DNA from: Acidobacteriota bacterium
Lineage (GTDB): Bacteria > Acidobacteriota > UBA6911 > RPQK01 > JAJDTT01
Direction: 5' to 3'
DNA: 64,000 bases
Assembly (NCBI GenBank): GCA_965263035.1
Contig: OZ253580.1
Span: forward strand, 3,136,001-3,200,000
Notes under the pieces: generated by a model
Seen by the model: the letters and a program-made list of their open reading frames with translations, nothing else
The model's database searches: none
What the model was told of the DNA's origin: nothing
Shown: piece by piece, positions 9,955 to 19,329 of the stretch
Position numbering within the stretch: the first letter of the stretch is position 1
How the letters are laid out: each line of letters begins with the position of its first letter
Position numbers and translations under genes: made by a program

Positions 9955-10620
9955 TCACGGGATGCGGCCAGTTACCAGCAAGTGCCGGTCGCTCACGGTC
10001 CTCACTTCCAGATTTGCCAAGTCCGCTTCCCGAAGCTGATCCGAAACTTCGTCGGGGCGGTAGGCTGCCAACAGCGAATGATAGAAGTCCCGCTGGAGGA
10101 TCTCCGGTTCGTCGCCGCAGTAGGCTCGCACCAGCTCTCGCGCCCGGCGGCGGTCGTCGGGCCGGAGAAGGTCCATGACGAAGACACCGCTGCCGAGACG
10201 GGACCAGCGGCGGACTTCCCGCCACAAGATCAACGGGTCGGGCAGATGGTGGAGCAGGCTGTTGCTGACAATGGTGTCGTAGTTGGGCCGGGGGAGAGTG
10301 ACACCCGGAAGATATCCCGAATAGAGTTGTATCCGGTCCTCAAGACTCACATCTTGGATAGCTTGCCGGCCGTAGTCGAGCATGGCCTGGGAGGCGTCGA
10401 CGCCGTGGACCCTGCAGGCTGGAAAAGCCCTGGCGACGCGAATGCTGATGTCGGCGGCGCCACACCCCAGGTCGACCACCCAGGGTCCGACTTCCTGGAC
10501 CGGTAACGTTTCCTGCAGGAGCGTCAGAAAGCGGCTGTGCGGTTCCTCGAAGTCCGCATGGGCGTAGGCCCGGGCCTGTTCCTGCCCCTCCATCAATTCC
10601 GGCTCGGGGACTCGCCTCAT
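9955..10620 (-). CDS. Class I SAM-dependent methyltransferase
   Basis: VVDLGCG motif I, GVDAS, NSLLHH; ATGA overlap with the folA stop. Confidence 0.9.
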   Translation of the reverse strand: MRRVPEPELMEGQEQARAYAHADFEEPHSRFLTLLQETLPVQEVGPWVVDLGCGAADISIRVARAFPACRVHGVDASQAMLDYGRQAIQDVSLEDRIQLYSGYLPGVTLPRPNYDTIVSNSLLHHLPDPLILWREVRRWSRLGSGVFVMDLLRPDDRRRARELVRAYCGDEPEILQRDFYHSLLAAYRPDEVSDQLREADLANLEVRTVSDRHLLVTGRIP

Positions 10621-11126
10621 GATTCCCGAATACCCCTGTTTCCGATCCGGTCCAGAGTCAGAAAGGTATATCGGTTCGGGTCCGTATCCTCCGGTTCATG
10701 GAGTTCCCTCTGCCGGACCTCCCAGTTCGACTCGTCATAACGGGGAAAATAGGTGTCGCCCTCAATATCGTGCGGCAGCAGAGTCAGGTACATGCGGTCG
10801 GCCCGGGCCAGGGTCTGTCGATAGACTCCGGCTCCGCCTCCGACGAAGACCTCCTCGTCACCGCGGGCCAGGAGAAGGGCGTCTTCCAGCGAGGGAGCCA
10901 CCTGGACGCCAGGGGGAGTATAGGAAGGCTGTCCGGAGAGCACGATGGAAATCCGGCCCGGCAACGGTCTGCCGATGGACTCGAAGGTCTTTCTCCCCAT
11001 GATCAGATGGTGGCCCATGGTCAGCCGCTTGAATCGCCTCCAATCGGCCGGGAGCTGCCAGGGCAACCGATTGTCGCGGCCGATGACGCGGTTCCGGGCC
11101 ATGGCCGCGATGATGGACAGCCTCAT
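10617..11126 (-). CDS. folA: Dihydrofolate reductase
   Basis: [34 protein letters not shown]; start reassigned to ATG 11126 (ATGA overlap with thyA). Confidence 0.96.
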   Translation of the reverse strand: MRLSIIAAMARNRVIGRDNRLPWQLPADWRRFKRLTMGHHLIMGRKTFESIGRPLPGRISIVLSGQPSYTPPGVQVAPSLEDALLLARGDEEVFVGGGAGVYRQTLARADRMYLTLLPHDIEGDTYFPRYDESNWEVRQRELHEPEDTDPNRYTFLTLDRIGNRGIRES

Positions 11127-11917
11127 ACCGATATGGGGGCCCTGATGTGGGGGTGGGGATCGTAAGCTTCCAGCACGAAGTCTTCGTATCGGAAGTCGAA
11201 AATCGAAGTGATTCGGGGGTTCAGCAGGATGCGGGGCAGAGGCCGGGGCCGGCGGGAGAGCTGGAGGCGGGCCTGCTCCAGGTGATTCAGATAGAGGTGT
11301 GCATCCCCGAAGGTGTGGACGAACTCCCCAGGCTCCAGTCCGCAGACCTGGGCCATCATCCGGGTCAGGAGGGCATAGCTGGCCAGGTTGAAAGGGACGC
11401 CCAGAAAGACGTCGGCGCTCCGCTGGTAGAGCTGGCAGGAGAGCCGTCCCTCGGCCACGTAGAATTGAAACAGCGTGTGGCACGGCGGAAGCTTCATCCG
11501 GTCCAGGTCGGCGACGTTCCACGCGCTCACGATATGGCGCCGCGAATCGGGATTCGTGCGGATGGCCTCGATGACGCCGGTGATCTGATCGATGTGGCGG
11601 CCGCCTGGAGCCGGCCAGGAGCGCCATTGGTAGCCGTAGATGGGGCCCAGATCCCCATCCCGGTCGGCCCACTCGTCCCAGATGCTCACTCCGTTTTCAT
11701 TCAGGTAGGCGATGTTGGTGTCACCCGCCAGAAACCAGAGGAGCTCATGGATCACCGACCGGAGATGCAGCTTCTTGGTGGTGAGCAGGGGGAAGCCGTC
11801 GGCCAGATCGACGCGCATCTGATATCCGAAGACGCTCCGGGTTCCGGTGCCGGTGCGGTCGCTCTTCTCGACTCCGTCTTCGAGAATGTGGTGGAGCAGA
11901 TCCAGGTAAACTTGCAT
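11123..11917 (-). CDS. thyA: Thymidylate synthase
   Basis: DRTGTGT, LPPCH, YQRSAD, PFN motifs; 264 aa from ATG 11917. Confidence 0.97.
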   Translation of the reverse strand: MQVYLDLLHHILEDGVEKSDRTGTGTRSVFGYQMRVDLADGFPLLTTKKLHLRSVIHELLWFLAGDTNIAYLNENGVSIWDEWADRDGDLGPIYGYQWRSWPAPGGRHIDQITGVIEAIRTNPDSRRHIVSAWNVADLDRMKLPPCHTLFQFYVAEGRLSCQLYQRSADVFLGVPFNLASYALLTRMMAQVCGLEPGEFVHTFGDAHLYLNHLEQARLQLSRRPRPLPRILLNPRITSIFDFRYEDFVLEAYDPHPHIRAPISV

Positions 11918-12121
11918 GGGCTCGATGGTTCCTGAGCGATTCAATCGCATTGTAGTAAACCTGAGCGACGATCCGCACGCGGCTGCCCGCCTGAGAAGCC
12001 TCATTCCCGGATACTCACTCTTCCTCTTTGTTGCCTAGTTTGCACCGCCGCATATAGAATCGGGCCGCTCGCTGGTTGAAGCGCCAAGGTTTCCGAGGCT
12101 CCGGGCCGGCAGCGAAGGAAC

Positions 12122-13060
12122 GTGGCCATGCAACTCCATCCCTTTGGTAACACGGGACTTATGGTCTCCCCTCTCGGCTTCGGAGGGGCTCCGGTCGGTT
12201 TCTTGGAAGAGCAACTCAAGGACGTTTCCCGGCTCGTCAATACGCTCCTGGACGAAGGGGTGAACCTGATCGATACGGCCGCCTGCTACCCCGGTTCGGA
12301 GCGGCTCGTCGGAGCGTCAGTGAGTCATCGCCGCGACGAGTATGTTCTGGTTACCAAATGCGGCCACGAAGTGGACGGGGCCGCCGGCCGCGAGTGGTCG
12401 CCCCGGCTCGTGACCAACACCGTGGACCGGGCTCTGAGACGCCTCCGCACTGACACCATCGACGTGATGCTGCTTCACTCCTGCCCTCTGTCGGTGCTTC
12501 AAAAAGGAGACGCATTGGCTGCCCTGGTGCGCGCCCGGGACCAGGGAAAGATCCGCTTCGTGGGATATTCGGGAGACAATGAAGCCGCCGCCTACGCAGC
12601 CGGTCTACCGGATGTGGCGGTGGTCCAGACCTCCGTGAACATCTGTGACCAGTCCAATATCGATTCGGTGCTTCCCTGCACGCGGGAAGGGGGACAGGGA
12701 GTGATGGCGAAACGGCCGCTGGCAAACGCCGCGTGGAAGGACCTGTCGGCCCAGCGGGGCATTTACCAGAATTACGCCAAGTCCTATATGGCACGCTTGC
12801 AATCCATGGGTTTCACGCTGGCCGATCTGGGATTCGAGGGCGATCCGGCTCGGGTATGGCCCGGCATTGCCCTGCGCTTCACCCTGTCTCAGCCGGGAGT
12901 TCATTGCGCCATCGTAGGCACTACCAGCATTGACAACGCCAGGTCCAATATCCGGGCCGCCGGTGAGGGTCCGCTGGCCGATCCGGTAGTCCGAAAAATT
13001 CGCCGGGCCTTTCGCTCCGCACAGTCTGCGTCGGACGAGGATTGGCCGGGTTTGACCTGA
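12122..13060 (+). CDS. Aldo/keto reductase
   Basis: LGFGG, IDTAACY, TKCG, LLHS AKR motifs; start may be ATG 12128. Confidence 0.9.
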   Translation: MAMQLHPFGNTGLMVSPLGFGGAPVGFLEEQLKDVSRLVNTLLDEGVNLIDTAACYPGSERLVGASVSHRRDEYVLVTKCGHEVDGAAGREWSPRLVTNTVDRALRRLRTDTIDVMLLHSCPLSVLQKGDALAALVRARDQGKIRFVGYSGDNEAAAYAAGLPDVAVVQTSVNICDQSNIDSVLPCTREGGQGVMAKRPLANAAWKDLSAQRGIYQNYAKSYMARLQSMGFTLADLGFEGDPARVWPGIALRFTLSQPGVHCAIVGTTSIDNARSNIRAAGEGPLADPVVRKIRRAFRSAQSASDEDWPGLT

Positions 13061-13065
13061 ATCTA

Positions 13066-13665
13066 ATGACCTTTCACCCTGCCGACTACGGACCGATTCT
13101 GGCTGGCCTGCTGGACGCGGGACGTCTTCCGGAGCTGGGACCTGGCCGACCCGACCCCGAGGCTCAGGGTTTGGTGGATGCGGTGACGCCGGATAGGGCT
13201 TTTGCCCACACGATTGTCGTGGACCGGGAAATGGCCCGTGCCTGTCTCGCCGGTCTTTGGCTCCACCATGACCATCTGGACCGCTCTCACGCCGTCAGTC
13301 AGACGATTCACACGACTACCGGGAGCTACTGGCACGGGATCATGCACCGGCGGGAGGGAGACTACCCCAATGCCAAGTACTGGTTTCGCCGGACCGGAGA
13401 CCATCCCGTCTTTTCGGATCTGGCTCGGAGTGCCGGCCGGCTGACGGCGGGTTCCGGAGTCGATGCCGAACGGCTGATCGCCGGAGATCGCTGGGATCCG
13501 TACGCGTTCGTCGATTTGTGCCAAGCATGTGTCGTCGGACGCTCGGACAATGAATCACTCTGCCGCCGGATCCAGCGGCTGGAATGGGAAATTCTCTTCG
13601 ACTACTGTTATCGGCGCGCCGCGGGAGTCGTAACGCCTCCTGAGTCGCGAGAAGTCGCAAGCTAG
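13066..13665 (+). CDS. Conserved hypothetical protein (YWHGIMHRREGDY.NAKYWF motif)
   Basis: Tightly spaced between the AKR and SDR genes; distinctive His/Arg-rich motif. Confidence 0.75.
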   Translation: MTFHPADYGPILAGLLDAGRLPELGPGRPDPEAQGLVDAVTPDRAFAHTIVVDREMARACLAGLWLHHDHLDRSHAVSQTIHTTTGSYWHGIMHRREGDYPNAKYWFRRTGDHPVFSDLARSAGRLTAGSGVDAERLIAGDRWDPYAFVDLCQACVVGRSDNESLCRRIQRLEWEILFDYCYRRAAGVVTPPESREVAS

Positions 13666-13671
13666 GACTGA

Positions 13672-14505
13672 ATGATGCCGAGACTGCAGGACCAGGTGGC
13701 CGTCGTGACCGGAGGCGCCCAGGGACTGGGAGGCGCCATTGCCCGCGGCATGGCCGCCGCGGGGGCCTCGGTTCTGATCGCCGACATCGATCTGGAAGCA
13801 TCTCAGAGGAACGTCCGGCAGATTCAGGCGGCCGGCAATACCGCGGTGGCTCTGCGGACCGACGTCAGCCGGAGAGAAGACCTGCAAGCGGCCGTGGAGC
13901 GGGTGGTTCGGGAATGGGGACGGCTGGACATCCTGGTCAACAACGCCTTTGACGTGTCCACCGCCGGGACCGGTGGAGCCGTTCAGGTTTCGGAAGAGGA
14001 CTGGGACGCCGGCATGAACGTCATGGTCAAGGCCATCTACCGGGCGGTCAAGCTTGCGGTGCCCGAGATGATCAAGAGCGGTGCCGGGAGCATCGTCAAC
14101 ATCTCTTCGGTCCACGGCCTGCTGACGGCTCCGGGTTTTCTCGTGTATGAGACGGCCAAAGCCGCGGTCATCGGCATGACTCGGCAGATGGCCTGTGAGT
14201 ACGGCCCCGACGGGATTCGCGTCAACTCGATTCTGCCCGGTCACATGGTGACGGAGCGCCTTCAGCCCATGTGGGACGAGAATCCATCCGGACACGCCTA
14301 CTTCGAGAATCAGTACCCCCTCCGGCGCTTGGGCACCACCGATGATATCGCGCAGGGCGCGGTCTTCCTGTGTTCGGAGGAAGCCTCCTTCATCACCGGC
14401 CACGCTCTGGTCATCGACGGTGGACTCTCCATTCAGCTCCAGGAGAACTTCGGGGTCCGACAGGGACGGTACATGGCGGAGCACCCCGAAACTCGAATCC
14501 CTTAG
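13672..14505 (+). CDS. Short-chain dehydrogenase/reductase
   Basis: TGGAQGLG, NNA, YETAK (YxxxK), IRVN. Confidence 0.93.
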   Translation: MMPRLQDQVAVVTGGAQGLGGAIARGMAAAGASVLIADIDLEASQRNVRQIQAAGNTAVALRTDVSRREDLQAAVERVVREWGRLDILVNNAFDVSTAGTGGAVQVSEEDWDAGMNVMVKAIYRAVKLAVPEMIKSGAGSIVNISSVHGLLTAPGFLVYETAKAAVIGMTRQMACEYGPDGIRVNSILPGHMVTERLQPMWDENPSGHAYFENQYPLRRLGTTDDIAQGAVFLCSEEASFITGHALVIDGGLSIQLQENFGVRQGRYMAEHPETRIP

Positions 14506-14587
14506 TTCGTGTTGCCGAATTCCGGGGATGGGTCCGGCGTTGGACTGCCACAGACCTGTCGCCACAGTTGGAGTGTAGGATTCCACC

Positions 14588-15520
14588 ATGAACCTGTGGT
14601 TGATGGCCTGCCTCCTGGCCTTTACGGCTTCTTCGGTCCTGGGCCAGGAGAGAATCCGCGTCGGCGCCTGGAACATCGAGACCCTGGGATCGCCCGACAG
14701 CCGCGACTACCAGCGCAAGTCTCCCTCCAACGGCTACGGAGTGCCTCGAGAGCCGCGGGAACTGGCGGACCGGATCGAAGCTCTGCGACTCGACGTGCTG
14801 GCCCTTTCCGAAATCGACGACACCGATGCCGGGGACGGCTCGGCGACGAACCGGGTTCTGGACGAGGCATTTCGGATACTGAATCGGCGTGGCGGCAACG
14901 ACTGGACCTATGAACTCTTCCCCAAACGGATACGCCGCCACAGTTCCCAGCACACCGGCCTGGCCTGGAACCGGCGGCGAATTCGAGCCGTGGGCAGGCG
15001 TTTCCGGGTACCTGTCACCGACGTCACCTCACGCCGGTTCTTCGAGTGGGACCGGCATCCCCACGCCATGAAGTTCACCCGGGGACGAGGACGAACCGAT
15101 TTCGTGGTGATTCCCATTCACATGAAGGCGGGACACAACCAGACGGCCGTGAAGCAGAGGCGGAGTGAAGCGGAGGCGCTGGTCCGGGAGTTATCGAAGA
15201 TCCAAAACCATTTTCAGGACCAGGACATCATTCTCATCGGCGACTTCAATATGCGTCGGCGCAGCGAACCGGCCGGTCGCGTTTATCGGAAGAAGGGAGG
15301 TCTGTTCGATCTGAACTATTCCGATCGATCCACCCATATTGCCGACCTTCCCTTGGACCGGTGCTACATCCCAAGGGCCCAGCGGGAGAGCGAGTTCGCC
15401 GGCGTCACCCAGGTTCGGATCGCCGCGCCGCCGCCGGCGGCCCGCAAAAGCTTCCGTCGCCAACTCTCCGATCATTGGCCCATCGTCCTCGAGTTCGCGG
15501 AGCAGGCCGACGACGACTGA
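14588..15520 (+). CDS. Secreted endonuclease/exonuclease/phosphatase (DNase I-like) protein
   Basis: Signal peptide; AWNIE, LSEI, IHMK, GDFN, LDR, SDH catalytic motifs. Confidence 0.88.
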   Translation: MNLWLMACLLAFTASSVLGQERIRVGAWNIETLGSPDSRDYQRKSPSNGYGVPREPRELADRIEALRLDVLALSEIDDTDAGDGSATNRVLDEAFRILNRRGGNDWTYELFPKRIRRHSSQHTGLAWNRRRIRAVGRRFRVPVTDVTSRRFFEWDRHPHAMKFTRGRGRTDFVVIPIHMKAGHNQTAVKQRRSEAEALVRELSKIQNHFQDQDIILIGDFNMRRRSEPAGRVYRKKGGLFDLNYSDRSTHIADLPLDRCYIPRAQRESEFAGVTQVRIAAPPPAARKSFRRQLSDHWPIVLEFAEQADDD

Positions 15521-15568
15521 CCCCTGCGGCAACCAGCCCCAAGGCTTGCCGCGCTCTTCTTGGAAACC

Positions 15569-15875
15569 GAGGAAAGAGGAAAGCTCCCCCACCGGCCCGG
15601 TCCGGCGGACGCCCGGTAGAAAAAGGGTAGGAGCGCCGGTTTTCAACCGCCGAACTCCGGTGGAGCTTGGAGGAAGGGGCGACTGGAAGTCGCCCCTCCT
15701 TGTTTCTTAGAAGAGAAATAGAGGAAAGAGTGCAGACAGGTGCGTAGTTTACGCGTAGCGGGCACCTCAACCGAAGATGATCTCGTCAGGAATACTGGAG
15801 ACAGTTTGGTTCGAAGCCTTGTTTCTCCCATGAATCCGCCAGGGCCAGCCGGTGGGGGAGCTTCTCTCTTTCCTC
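15569..15875. repeat. Composite palindromic intergenic element: 27-bp inverted arms enclosing a REP pair
   Basis: 15569-15595 vs 15849-15875 match 25/27 inverted; GTAGGAGCGCCGGTTTTCAACCGCCG at 15627 with partner hairpin GGGGCGACTGGAAGTCGCCCC near 15676-15697. Confidence 0.75.
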
Positions 15876-15900
15876 TCTCCTCTTTTCTTTTTCCTCGCCT

Positions 15901-17223
15901 TCACCAGCCCTTCCAACTGCCGTCCGCGTGGCGGTACTGCCGGTAGGACATCTCGGCGTCATAGCGAAGCTTGGCGATGTCGGACTCCTTGACCCGGATC
16001 CCGAGACCGGGCCGGTCGCTCAGCCGGACGTGGCCGTCGACCAGGGAGAGGTCATGCTCCACGTACCGATCCATCCGCTCCAATCCCCAGGCTTCCTGGA
16101 CCAGGAAGTTGGAGATGACGGCATCCACTTGAAACAGAGCCGCCAGATGGATGGGTCCCGAGGCGTTGTGGGGCGCCATCAGGATCTGGGCCTCTTCGGC
16201 CAGGCGTGAGACGGCCAGGAACTGGGTGATGCCGAAGCTGTGGCTCAGATCAGGCTGGAGAAAAGCGCAGGCTCGGGCATCGATGACCTCCTTGAACTCC
16301 CGGTAGGAGAAGAATTTTTCACCCGTGGCGATGGGAACCGGACTGCGCGCCGAGATCTCCTTCAGCGCCGCGATGGATCCCACCTTGCAAGGCTCCTCCA
16401 GGAAGAGAGGCTTGTAGGGAGCCACGGCCTCGGCGAAGGCGATGGCCAGGGCCGGATTGGGGCTGCCGTGGGTGTCCAGCATCAGGTCGATCTCCGGTCC
16501 CACCTCTTCCCGAACGGCCGCCACGATCCGGACGCACTCGTCCAAGGCTCCCCGGTCCATGGGCCAGGTCCGCATTTCCAGCGGATTTCCCTTGAGGCCT
16601 CGAACTCCCGAGGCGACGGCGTCCCGAGCCCGGGCCACGGCTTCCTGGATGGATTCGAAGCTGATCCCGCCATGGTAGACGCGGATGCGGTCTCGCTTCC
16701 GGCCTCCCAGGATCTGGTAGACGGGGACTCCCCAAGCTTTGCCGGTGATGTCATAGAGGGCCATGTTCACCGCCGCCAGGGCCGAACCCAGGACCGGTCC
16801 GCCCTTCCAGGGAAGCCGGTCCGAGATGTCGTCGCACAGAGCGACCACGTTCAGGGGATCCTGCCCCACCAGGAGTTCCCGCCAGCCCTCCAGCGTCGTC
16901 TTCACCACCGGAGAAAGCCATTCGATACTGGCCTCCCCCCAGCCCGAGAGTTCCGTATCGGTCTCGATCTTGAGAAACAGCCAGGTCTTGAAGCTGCTGG
17001 CGATGCTCCTTCGGACCCCCTTCCTGGGAGGAGGACTTCCGGTCGGCACGTTGAACATGTAGGTCTTCATTCCGGTGATTTTCATGGGTCCTGTTCTTCT
17101 CCGCCTGGGAGGCTCCTGTGGCCTCGGTGTGGACGCAAAAAGAGCACCAGCCGACGATCCGAGGCCCGCCGTGGCGATCAGGAAATCACGACGGTCCAGG
17201 CCATCCGCTCGGCATGGGAGCAT
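15901..17223 (-). CDS. Mandelate racemase/MLE (galactonate dehydratase-like) enolase-superfamily enzyme, Tat-like signal
   Basis: DRRDFL; GWGEA, DITGK..G.PVY..LGG, D.H, EEP, TGE, QPD, PHN motifs. Confidence 0.88.
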   Translation of the reverse strand: MLPCRADGLDRRDFLIATAGLGSSAGALFASTPRPQEPPRRRRTGPMKITGMKTYMFNVPTGSPPPRKGVRRSIASSFKTWLFLKIETDTELSGWGEASIEWLSPVVKTTLEGWRELLVGQDPLNVVALCDDISDRLPWKGGPVLGSALAAVNMALYDITGKAWGVPVYQILGGRKRDRIRVYHGGISFESIQEAVARARDAVASGVRGLKGNPLEMRTWPMDRGALDECVRIVAAVREEVGPEIDLMLDTHGSPNPALAIAFAEAVAPYKPLFLEEPCKVGSIAALKEISARSPVPIATGEKFFSYREFKEVIDARACAFLQPDLSHSFGITQFLAVSRLAEEAQILMAPHNASGPIHLAALFQVDAVISNFLVQEAWGLERMDRYVEHDLSLVDGHVRLSDRPGLGIRVKESDIAKLRYDAEMSYRQYRHADGSWKGW

Positions 17224-17230
17224 GGTGGTG

Positions 17231-18073
17231 TCAATGGTTCGAGGCCGAATCCAGACTCGATTCAATCTCTCGGAGGTAAGAGATGCTCTCTCGGGCGATT
17301 CGCTCGCCGCCGGCCCGGAAATCGAAGACCTCCAAGGAGATCCAGCCCCCATAGTTCCGGTCCCGAAGGAACCGCAGGAGGCGTTCGAAGTCCACGTCTC
17401 CGGTGCCGGGGTGGCGGCCGTCGATCTCGTTCACGTGAACGTGGCGGATTCGGGACCAGTAACGCTCGACCAGACTGAGAAAGTGGCTCCCCTCATCGGC
17501 GGCGTTGTGGCAGTCGAACATGGTCTGGACGTGACCATGGGAAACCCGGTCCACGACTTCGACCGCTTCCGCGAGAGTGGAGACCACATCCGTCTCCTCG
17601 CTCGAAACGGCCTCCATCAGGAGCGTCACGTCCCGGTCCCTCGCCTCGGGGGCCAGCTCGGACAGACCCTCGGCGAGTCGTCCCAGAGCTTCTTGGGCCG
17701 TCATTCCGTCCCGTGTGTTCCGCTGATGGGGCGAGCCGAGGATCATGAGATGCCCCCCCAGGTCCGCGCAGAAGTCGATGAGCCGTGAGAGATAGGACCA
17801 ACTCTTCTCCCTCAGGGTCCGGTCCCGGGTCGTCAGATGCAGTCCCCTGGGCTTGACCAGGAGCCAGTGGATCCCCGAGCAGACCATTCCCTCTCCTTCG
17901 ATGGTCTCCCGAATCTGCCGCCGTTGCCGGAGCGAGATCTCATCCACCGAGTCGGCCAGGGTGAACGGGGCCACCTCCAGGCCTCGGTACCCCAACCCAC
18001 GCACCGTCCGGCAGGTCTGGGCCAGATCCTGTTCCCCAAAGATCTCACTGCAGATCGCATGTTTCAGTTGCAA
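17231..18073 (-). CDS. Sugar phosphate isomerase/epimerase (D-tagatose/psicose 3-epimerase-like TIM barrel)
   Basis: Metal-ligand pattern in MEA, FDCHN, HVHVNE, PGTG, SLE. Confidence 0.85.
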   Translation of the reverse strand: MQLKHAICSEIFGEQDLAQTCRTVRGLGYRGLEVAPFTLADSVDEISLRQRRQIRETIEGEGMVCSGIHWLLVKPRGLHLTTRDRTLREKSWSYLSRLIDFCADLGGHLMILGSPHQRNTRDGMTAQEALGRLAEGLSELAPEARDRDVTLLMEAVSSEETDVVSTLAEAVEVVDRVSHGHVQTMFDCHNAADEGSHFLSLVERYWSRIRHVHVNEIDGRHPGTGDVDFERLLRFLRDRNYGGWISLEVFDFRAGGERIARESISYLREIESSLDSASNH

Positions 18074-18197
18074 AGCGCCACTCCCGTCACCGCTCCGGCC
18101 GAATCGCCGAATGCTTGTGCTGTAGTATAGAAATCTGCGTCGAAAGTCTCCACGGAATGCGAAAAACTTCGAAGACTGGGAAACACTGGAGGGTCAG

Positions 18198-19235
18198 GTG
18201 AAGCGGCGGGAGTTTCTCCGCAAGTCGTGCCTGTTTTCCAGCACCTCCTTGGCAACGGCGTTTCTTGCTCGAGATCTGCAACCGTCCCGGGCATCGTCGG
18301 CGGGGCCGGTTGACCGTCGGCGGGTGTTGGTATTCATCGAGTTGGCCGGAGGCTGCGATGGCCTCAACTCGCTGGTCCCGCACGGCCTGGATGACTACTA
18401 TCGGCAGCGCCCGAATCTGGCCATTCCTCCCGCGGCCGTCCTGAAGCTGGACCACGCCGTCGGATTCCATCCCTCCCTGGAAGGATTCAAGCGGTTGTTC
18501 GACGCGGGAAAGATGGCTCTGATTCAAGGAGTGGGCTTTCCCGATCCGAATCGATCCCATTTTCGGTCCAGAAAGATCTGGTATACGGCCCGGCTGGAAG
18601 CAGCGGCCGAGGGCGGTTTTCCGGACCGCAATTCCCTGCCGCAGCTCGGCATGCAGGTGCCGGATCCGGCCATCGCCGCACCTCGGCTGCCGGCGGGAGC
18701 GGAAAGCCGGGGGCGGGCCGTCCCATATCCGGACAGCCCCCTGGCTGCAAATCTGAAGGCCATCTCCCGTATCATTGCAGCCGGTACGGAAGTCCGGGTG
18801 TTCCACACCTGCCTGGGCGGCTTCGACACCCATGCCTTCCAGGTTGTTCCGGGGAATCCGACCCAAGGAATCCATGCCGGCCTCCTCTCCACACTTTCCG
18901 GAGCTGTCACGGCCTTTCTGGACGATCTGATCCACCAAGGCCGGGAAGAGCATGCCGTCGTCGTGATCTACAGCGAGTTCGGGCGCCGTCTGGCGGAGAA
19001 CGGGACTTTCGGAACCGACCACGGGACCGCCAATCCCATCTTCATTCTCGGAAAGGCGGTGGTTCCGGGTCTGCACGGGCGTCACCCGGGACTGTCTCCG
19101 AATGAGTTGACGCCGTCTGGAGACTTGGTTCATGCGGTGGACTTCCGTAGCGTCTACGCCGGGGTCCTGCCCGGTTGGGCGGGGATCGAAGTCGGATGCG
19201 CGCCCGATCCTCGGCTCTCCCTGTTGCGGATCTGA
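18198..19235 (+). CDS. DUF1501 family protein, Tat signal
   Basis: KRREFL; LAGGCDGLN, NRSHF, GGFDTH, SEFGR, GTDHG, VDFRSVY. Confidence 0.85.
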   Translation: MKRREFLRKSCLFSSTSLATAFLARDLQPSRASSAGPVDRRRVLVFIELAGGCDGLNSLVPHGLDDYYRQRPNLAIPPAAVLKLDHAVGFHPSLEGFKRLFDAGKMALIQGVGFPDPNRSHFRSRKIWYTARLEAAAEGGFPDRNSLPQLGMQVPDPAIAAPRLPAGAESRGRAVPYPDSPLAANLKAISRIIAAGTEVRVFHTCLGGFDTHAFQVVPGNPTQGIHAGLLSTLSGAVTAFLDDLIHQGREEHAVVVIYSEFGRRLAENGTFGTDHGTANPIFILGKAVVPGLHGRHPGLSPNELTPSGDLVHAVDFRSVYAGVLPGWAGIEVGCAPDPRLSLLRI

Positions 19236-19329
19236 CTCGGTCACATATGCGGCCGGAAGACAGGCCATGGCCTGATTCGTTCCGCTCCTTCCCGGCGGGC
19301 CGGCTCCGGCCCCTTGATATCATGAGCCC

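Noticed and set aside
11127-11672. Long N-terminal region of DHFR suggesting a fusion
   Set aside because: It is an alternative frame overlapping thyA; folA starts at 11126
19238-19248. TCGGTCACATA match to the MITE B interior
   Set aside because: Only 11 bp with no flanking homology or TIRs
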